64,000 bases of DNA from assembly GCA_964016885.1 (NCBI GenBank), contig OZ024742.1:134106001-134170000 (forward strand), given 5' to 3'. Shown here piece after piece: positions 55,868 through 64,000 of the stretch. The DNA is from Eledone cirrhosa (Eukaryota). The notes beneath the pieces are model-generated. The model was not told the DNA's origin, ran no database searches, and was given only the letters and a program-made list of their open reading frames with translations. The first letter of the stretch is position 1, and every line of letters begins with the position of its first letter. Made by a program: the position numbers and the translations under genes.

Positions 55868-56348
55868 CAAATAGATAAAATAGAAAACTAAAAAATATTA
55901 CATATTAAAAATAAAAATATTAAAAATATTAAAAAATATTAAAATAATAAAAATAAAAACATAATAGAAACAAAATATGCCACGCAAATCGACCACAAAG
56001 ATCAACCCTTCAAAATTAATTGACAATATATTGCCAAGTTCATTATAAGCATCAGAGTCGAAAACAGATAAAGCTAAAAATTAAAAATGATTTACCAAAT
56101 CGCGTCTAGCAGAAATCATTTCAAAAAGTTTAGGATGCCCATTTGGTCTACATATGTTCTTATATTTAATATAGAAGTTTATCTAGTGTAACGTTTATTC
56201 GATATATTTGGAGCATCAACTTTTAGGGTAGTTTAATTTTTCATGAAGAATGTTTAAATAAAAATAAAAATAAAAAGAAGAATAAAAAGAAGAAATCGAA
56301 AGATTTATCGGCTAGTTTCCCAAATAATTATAAATCAAACTTAATATA

Positions 56349-58561
56349 CTACATTTTAAATTTAAATTTATATTTAAAAGTTGAGTTCAATCTATGTTTG
56401 CAGCAACTGAATAAATTTGTCCGTAGATTAAGGGAATTTTAGATTTTAGTATAAAGAATATCTCCTCCGCGCAGAGGTCATATATCTCAGAGGATGAATT
56501 AAAAGGAATCCCTCTTGAGACTATATTCCAAGCCGTCAAATATCTAACGTTATCTTGCCTAAGTTGCCAGAGTACGCCTGATAATGCTGTTGAAGATTTT
56601 TTGCTTGGATCTGTGAAAGAATTCTTGTGGTTATTATAGCGAAGTTTAAATTCCGTCAATGTGGAACCGACGTAGTTAAAAGAATTAGAGTCCGTTTTAA
56701 CATTACAGTTGTATATTATATTTTTAACTAAGCAGTTGTTATTTAACGGACATTTAGATCTATCTCTACAGTTACATTTGTTAACTTGTATATTATTTAT
56801 GTTATTATCGCTAGGTTTTAAGTTCCTATTATTTATTCTATAAATATTTTGTGCTAAATTTTTGGTGGATGAGTAGGTTAATTTTATAGTATGTCTATTG
56901 AAAATTGAGTGATACCTATGTGTTCTAGGGAAGCGATTATCAAGAGCTTTAAAAAATAGTTTAGCGATGTGGGTTTTAATGTTTAGTGAGAAAGGGGGGG
57001 GGGCAAACCATATTATGTTCCTAGTTCTATTTCTTTTTTGGCTTTTGGAATTATTGTAATGCTCTCTATTATAGTTGTTAAGGTTGTGGCCGTAATTAAA
57101 ATAGTTGTTATTTTGTTTAGTTTGTCTATCATTATCCATGTACATAATCTTATCACTATATCCTGCTCTAGCTAACGCTTCATTGTAGTACTGGGCTTTT
57201 TCGTCGAAAATCTTTCTATTAGACGAGATTCTAGAGATACGTTTTTGAACAGAGTTTACTATAGAGTTTTTGACAGAATGGGGTGGTTAGAGTTAAAGCT
57301 GACATAGTTTAAGTTTTCATTCAACTTGTGAAAAGGATAGTGAAGACATGTTGAGATTTAATGTTATATCTAGGAAATTGACTATTCTATGTTTGTTCTC
57401 AATTTCTATTTTTAGATTAAAGTAATTAAAAAATTGTGTAATTTGTTTTCTTTTTCTATTTAGTTCAGAGTTATTATTATCAATAAGTAAAAGCATGTCA
57501 TCTCTATATAAACCTCCGGTAGTACCAGGTATTTTCCTATGTAGCGAATTGATTAAAAATAAGCCCACAAGGTCAGTTACCTGAGCTGAGTCGGATGATC
57601 CCATAGTAATGTCAAAATTGCTATCCCTATCTGCTCTGGTCCATAGTTGGTCATTAAATGCTATCAATGTTTTCCTAGCCGAGAATATAATGTGCATTTC
57701 ATTGCTAGTTAGGTCTGTATGTTTGAATGCGTAATTTAGTGCCTTATTTAGTAGATTAGGGGTAATAGAAGAATAATAGTTAGCAATATCAAGTTGAATA
57801 AACTTATTATTATTGTTATATTTAATTTGCTTAAACCACTCAACAACCTCTCCAGTTCCCTTCCACAAGCTCAGGTTAGGTAAACAATCCAAGTTTTTAA
57901 TTTGCTGTATCACCCTGTCAAGAATGTTTTTGCTTAATTTGCCCAGGTCCGATTTTGATGGTGCGATCAATCTAACTGGCAAGTCATTTTCAAAATTCCT
58001 TTTGTGATCTTTCATATTGATCTTCGGTTTCCTGGGCACGAAAGGTTGTGTTCTGTTCTCAATTTCCAACTCGTGCATTATACAAGATGCTTCGACATTC
58101 ATTTTCTCAAGCTCAGCCTTATCTGCTACCTTGTACTTTTTCCTCAGTTCCTTCAGTATGAGGCCATTATACATGTCTTTCTGCACTCCATAGAGGTTGT
58201 TGGTCTTGTCAGATTTCACCAAGATCCTCTCAGTTTTCTCTAAGCGCTCAATATTATCCTTAATGCCTTTCAGATATTCCTGGCCTTTGAAGTTTCTCTT
58301 GAATTTGACCCCTTGTATGATAGAAATTATATCGTTTTCAAAGTCAGATAAAAGTTTGTTAGGGGGTGGATTTCTTTTAGATTTGAAAACTTTGTTTAAG
58401 TCCGAGACATTTTCGTTTATATTAGATTTATCAAAGTGGAATGCTCGCCACATGATTCTCCTTATAAAAGAGTCAGATTTATCTATTAATTGTTTTATAA
58501 AGTCTTTGTTTCTAGGTAGAGGTATGTCTTTTAAAGAGGAAGTAATGTTAAAGAATTCCAT
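56349..58561 (-). pseudogene. PLE RT + C-terminal GIY-YIG ORF (~735 codons, Hydra-clade-like), three small indels
   Basis: KSDKTNN, KDHKRNF..RLIAPSKS, LDIANYY, MGSSDSA, YRDD, FLDITL, CNCR..CPL..CL..IIY..YVG..RYNNH, (C)DLC. Indels near 57350, 57280 and 56436. Confidence 0.95.
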
Positions 58562-58739
58562 TTTTTCAGTTATAATATAAAGCGCTCAACAGTATTGGAG
58601 CAAGATACATGGAAAGTTATATTTAAATTGTTGGGTTACAACTAGTAAATATTTATAACTGATATAAAAGCACTCAACAAGTATTTGGAGTATATTTACG
58701 ATATTATATAAATGGAAACTATATTTATAAAACCATATC

Positions 58740-58805
58740 TATTTCATTATATATATTTCAGGGATATCATATTAACAATATGTTATGCCTTCCTCAGACA
58801 AAATA
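58740..58805 (-). ncRNA. Type I hammerhead ribozyme (5' pLTR)
   Basis: Identical to 54856-54921, about 180 nt upstream of the ATG. Confidence 0.8.
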
Positions 58806-59649
58806 CAATATAGACAGTTTTATAGATAAATAGATTTGACATACCGTTCAACATCGACTTGTATTTGAAAAAGTTGATTTGGCAGTGAAAAATTGTAAAC
58901 AGAAAGAAAGAAAGAAAGAAAGAAGGAAAGAAAGAAAGAAAACGAAGAAAAAGAAGAAAAAGAAGAAATGCATGCAACAAAATAGAGAGATGGAAAGATA
59001 GATAAAGAGAAGAACTTCATGTAAAGAAACAGAGAGAGATATATATAGAGAGAGGAAATAGATAGAGATAGATATATATAGAGAAAAGTAGGTAGTTGAA
59101 CATCCGTTGAATGAACGTATCAATGATACATTTATTTATTTATTTATTTAGCTCTAGTATTAATGTAAGGGAGATATATGTGGTTAGGAAAGAAACCAGC
59201 CGTTATATAGAGAGAAAAATGAAAAGTAACCAGACATAGGCGAGGCAGAATTTAAAAACCCTATGTTTTAATGTAGAAATATTAGTTCGTATAAAAACCA
59301 GGCACTATAATGTAAATATCAGTATTCCTGAATGAGACACGTATCCATAATGTGTGAAAAGTAATGATCTTATGTCTAGTTTTAAAAATTCATATGTTTA
59401 TATGATAACTACAAACATCGATGTGAATTTACGTGATCAACTCTGCAAACCCCTATTTCACACGGAGAACATTCTCATTGTGCTATAAAAATTTAAGTAT
59501 ACATATATGTGTATATATACACATATATATAGAGTCTATATTAATTTTAACAATACTATTCTTGTCTTTACTCTACATGATTATCTATCAAGCAGAAATA
59601 GAGACAGATTTCAATATATTAATAAAAAATATCAGAAACAAAAACAAAA

Positions 59650-59684
<35 letters not shown>

Positions 59685-60579
59685 ACAAATAAATGTCCGT
59701 TAAATAACAACTGCTTAGTTAAAAATATAATATACAACTGTAATGTTAAAACGGACTCTAATTCTTTTAACTACGTCAGTTCCACATCGACGGAATTTAA
59801 ACTTCGCTATAATAACCACAAGAATTCTTTCACAGATCCAAGCAAAAAATCTTCAACAGCACTATCAGGCGTACTCTGGCAACTTAGGCAAGATAACGTT
59901 AGATATTTGACGGCTTGGAATATAGTCTCAAGAGGGATTCCTTTTAATTCATCCTCTGAGACATGTGACCTCTGCGCGGAGGAGATATTCTTTATACTAA
60001 AATCTAAAAATTCCCTTAATCTACGGACAAATTTATTCAGTTGCTGCAAACATAGATTGAACTCAACTTTTAAATATAAATTTAAATTTAAAATGTAGTA
60101 TATTTAGTTTGATTTATAATTATTTGGGAAACTAGCCGATAAATCTTTCGATTTCTTCTTTTTATTCTTCTTTTTATTTTTATTTTTATTTAAACATTCT
60201 TCATGAAAAATTAAACTACCCTAAAAGTTGATGCTCCAAATATATCGAATAAACGTTACACTAGATAAACTTCTATATTAAATATAAGAACATATGTAGA
60301 CCAAATGGGCATCCTAAACTTTTTGAAATGATTTCTGCTAGACGCGATTTGGTAAATCATTTTTAATTTTTAGCTTTATCTGTTTTCGACTCTGATGCTT
60401 ATAATGAACTTGGCAATATATTGTCAATTAATTTTGAAGGGTTGATCTTTGTGGTCGATTTGCGTGGCATATTATGTTTCTATTATGTTTTTATTTTTAT
60501 TATTTTAATATTTTTTAATATTTTTAATATTTTTATTTTTAATATGTAATATTTTTTAGTTTTCTATTTTATTTATTTG

Positions 60580-60615
<36 letters not shown>

Positions 60616-61468
60616 TTTTGTTTTTGTTTCTGATATTTTTTATTAATATATTGAAATCTGTTCTCTATTTCTGCTTGATAGATAATCATGTAGAGTAAAG
60701 ACAAGAATAGTATTGTTAAAATTAATATAGACTCTATATATATGTGTATATATACACATATATGTATACTTAAATTTTTATAGCACAATGAGAATGTTCT
60801 CCGTGTGAAATAGGGGTTTGCAGAGTTGATCACGTAAATTCACATTGATGTTTGTAGTTATCATATAAACATATGAATTTTTAAAACTAGACATAAGATC
60901 ATTACTTTTCACACATTATGGATACGTGTCTCATTCAGGAATACTGATATTTACATTATAGTGCCTGGTTTTTATACGAACTAATATTTCTACATTAAAA
61001 CATAGGGTTTTTAAATTCTGCCTCGCCTATGTCTGGTTACTTTTCATTTTTCTCTCTATATAACGGCTGGTTTCTTTCCTAACCACATATATCTCCCTTA
61101 CATTAATACTAGAGCTAAATAAATAAATAAATAAATAAATGTATCATTGATACGTTCATTCAACGGATGTTCAACTACCTACTTTTCTCTATATATATCT
61201 ATCTCTATCTATTTCCTCTCTCTATATATATCTCTCTCTGTTTCTTTACATGAAGTTCTTCTCTTTATCTATCTTTCCATCTCTCTATTTTGTTGCATGC
61301 ATTTCTTCTTTTTCTTCTTTTTCTTCGTTTTCTTTCTTTCTTTCCTTCTTTCTTTCTTTCTTTCTTTCTTTCTGTTTACAATTTTTCACTGCCAAATCAA
61401 CTTTTTCAAATACAAGTCGATGTTGAACGGTATGTCAAATCTATTTATCTATAAAACTGTCTATATTG

Positions 61469-61534
61469 TATTTTGTCTGAGGAAGGCATAACATATTGTT
61501 AATATGATATCCCTGAAATATATATAATGAAATA
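61469..61534 (+). ncRNA. Type I hammerhead ribozyme (inverted copy)
   Basis: tattttgt CTGAGGA ... GAAA tatata TA atgaaata on the plus strand. Confidence 0.8.
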
Positions 61535-61661
61535 GATATGGTTTTATAAATATAGTTTCCATTTATTTAATATCGTAAATATACTCCAAATACTTGTTGA
61601 GTGCTTTTATATCATTTATAAATATTTACTAGTTGTAACCCAACAATTTAAATATAACTTT

Positions 61662-61710
<49 letters not shown>

Positions 61711-61758
61711 TATATACAATATATTAACAAATGGAAACTATATCTATAAAACCATATT

Positions 61759-61824
61759 TATTTTATTATATATATTTCAAGGGCCACCAAGGCAAATCAT
61801 GATGCGCTTTCATCAGATAAAACA
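61759..61824 (-). ncRNA. Type I hammerhead ribozyme of a sister PLE family (element end from ~61718)
   Basis: Minus: tgttttat CTGATGA aag cgcatca...tggtggc cctt GAAA tatata TA ataaaata. Flanks homologous to 54817-54875, stem II replaced. Confidence 0.8.
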
Positions 61825-61889
61825 TAATACAGATTAGTTTTATAAATAAATATTAACATACCCTGAAAAAAGGCAACGTTAACGGTTGG

Positions 61890-62761
61890 AGCTTCCTAGC
61901 AACCAGCCCACTCGCCGTAAGCAACCAATCACATTATTTCTGAATTGACCACTGCTACGTCACAGTTCTTAGCCATTTTGAATTCGTTTCTGGTGGAGAT
62001 CACTTAAGAAAATTCTTTGTCCAAACGAGTTTGTTTCCTGAATAGTTCGAAGCTAGAAATTTTATCCTTGATAGGATATTTCCGAAAGCGACGAAACCCT
62101 AAGTGTAGAAACGTAATCCTGATATGCGTATAGGCATTTTTTCTTCTAATTTAAATTGTATACCTAATTGTGTATGGTTGACGGTATATTTTATCGATTT
62201 CCACGTGCTATTGAAATGTTGGGTAAATATTCTATAGCGGTTAGTCACGAATAGATTGCTGTCGTTTATTTATCTACTATTTCTTCATAGGTGCCTTTTA
62301 ATCTTATAGCTTGGTTTAATTGATTTTTTGTGTGGTTGATTATGCTAATTGGGAGAGGAAATGGTGTATATATATTATCAAATGATTCTATGGACTTACT
62401 TTATAGTATATTGCTCTGATTATTTATTTATTAATTCATCATTAAGCCACATCGTGAATGGTTGCCGAAACATATATATTTGAGACTCTGTCTAGTGTGT
62501 GTATATGTAAATCTTTATATTTAATAATCCCCCATAAGGTTGAGATGCAATTTGGGCAATATTGGGATGCGCTTTCTAGCAACCAGCCCACTCGCTGTAA
62601 GCAACCAATCACATTCTTTCTGACTTAACCACTGCCACGTCACAGTTCTTAGCCACTTTGAATTCGTTTCTGGCGGGGATTATTTGAGAAAATTCTCTGT
62701 CTAAATGAGTTTGTTTCCTGATGAGTTCGAAGCTCTAGATTTTATCCTTGATAGGATATTT
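61890..62761. repeat. ~190 bp direct repeat (61890-62081 and 62571-62761)
   Basis: ctagcaaccagcccactcgc.gtaagcaaccaatcacatt...acgtcacagttcttagcca...ttttatccttgataggatattt. Confidence 0.88.
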
Positions 62762-63041
62762 GGACATACTTTATAGTATATATATATATATATAATATAT
62801 ATGTATATATATGTGTATGTGTGTGTGTATATATATATATAGTAATAATAATAATAAATTTGAAGACTAAAACCCAACGAGGGCTCGATAAGGATAAATA
62901 TATATTTTTATATAAGAACCGTAGAGCAAATATTTAATAAAATAACATATTAAAGTTTAAGCAAAGTATCGCTGCTTTCACCCTTCAGAAGGTCCGTTAA
63001 GTGTAAAAGCAGCGATTCTTTGCTGAAACTTTAATCTATTA

Positions 63042-63102
<61 letters not shown>

Positions 63103-63479
63103 TCTGGTCATTTTTGCGTGTATATTCTGCCGTCACCGTAGTGACAGGATTTTACTAATTATATTTAAAGGTGTATTATTGCAGCTAATTTATAATAAAT
63201 ACTCAAACAGATTTATGCTACTATAATTGACTATATTTTGGCAGTCACATGAATCAATTACATTTATAATTCTTTTTATTAATTTCATTTTTTACAAATA
63301 AAATAAAACGGAAATATTTCAAATTCTGTATATGTGAAATGTGTAATTGTTAACATTAGAAAATGAAAAGAACGAAGTGAAATAAATCAAGACTTAGAGT
63401 AAAAAAACATGAGATGCGAAACAATACATTTGAAAGTATTTGAGATTGAAATTAATGGGTTGATGTGAAGAGTGTTATT

Positions 63480-63760
63480 GTATACCTGAGTGGGAAGATA
63501 TGAATGTAGAATCGAAGTGAAAGAGGGGTATAATAAGTGTGTAAACATTTTGTGGGCGAAGAAGAATAATGTATAGCTTTCACGTATAGTGAATGCAATA
63601 TCTACTACAATATAAACAATAAACTTACTGAAAAACGGGGGAAAACGTAATACAAAAGGGCGTAATTAACTCATAACTAAACTAAAGTTAATGTGGAGGA
63701 TTACAGTCAAAATATTTACGCGAGAAAAACAGTTTTTATTTGTTATATTCTTATAGTTGA
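63480..63760 (-). pseudogene. Decayed CSGALNACT-like fragment
   Basis: NYKNITNKNCFSRVNILTV (cf. NFTFIQLNGEFSRGKGLDV), LLFIL/VDIAFT (cf. LLFFCDVDIYFT), LYP about 24 residues later. Confidence 0.45.
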
Positions 63761-64000
63761 TATTTTGTTTAGGTGAGACGATTTCTGTAAAGAACAAATC
63801 TCAGTTGTGGCCTGTGTTGAATTATTTTATCTCACCATACCATCGTATTTTTAGGATACGATAAATGTCAGACTCATACAGTTTATAGATTATATCCCTA
63901 GTATGACATCTTTACCGGAATGATATAATACTGAAAGAAATGAACGTCATAGCTGTAGTTTGCATGTGGCGTTGCATTAGAAGCCAGAAATGGTCACAAA

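Larger units (their letters stand above)
54813..61665 (-). mobile_element. Young Penelope-like retroelement with partial tandem pLTR and ~2 kb inverted 3' copy
   Basis: 54813-55790 = 58698-59680 (direct, offset 3884). 59691-61577 = rc of 56757-54813. 61578-61665 = rc of the leader 58609-58697. (TA)n on both flanks. Confidence 0.96.

Noticed and set aside
59691-61665. Inverted copy as a long-read fold-back artefact
   Set aside because: It differs from the main copy by several substitutions and indels, includes a novel terminus-leader junction, and matches known PLE architecture. Read-level confirmation is still advisable.
62718-62740. CTGATGA in the second 190 bp repeat
   Set aside because: Not conserved in the other copy (ctgaata) and no GAAA or stems.

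Overview
AT-rich, microsatellite-dense animal intergenic DNA, most likely an octopod cephalopod (inferred from SINE type and repeat content). I see no intact host gene. The window is dominated by Penelope-like retroelements (PLEs): one young near-intact RT+GIY-YIG element (54.8-61.7 kb) with direct and inverted terminal repeats, a 5'-truncated element with 1.65 kb inverted arms (42.0-47.0 kb), and several fragments. About a dozen well-formed and roughly ten decayed type I hammerhead ribozyme (HHR) motifs can be read by eye. They occur in three architectures: PLE pseudo-LTRs, non-coding direct-repeat retrozyme-like units (0.3-2 kb), and small head-to-head foldbacks with one ribozyme per strand. 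Each family has its own palindromic stem III. Also present are a decayed full-length RTE LINE with a 0.5 kb non-autonomous derivative, RLE-type LINE fragments, tRNA-derived SINEs, two Helitron-like elements, and at least five heavily eroded fragments resembling chondroitin sulfate GalNAc-transferase (CSGALNACT) genes. All calls come from manual reading; no database search or folding program was run, and boundaries are approximate.
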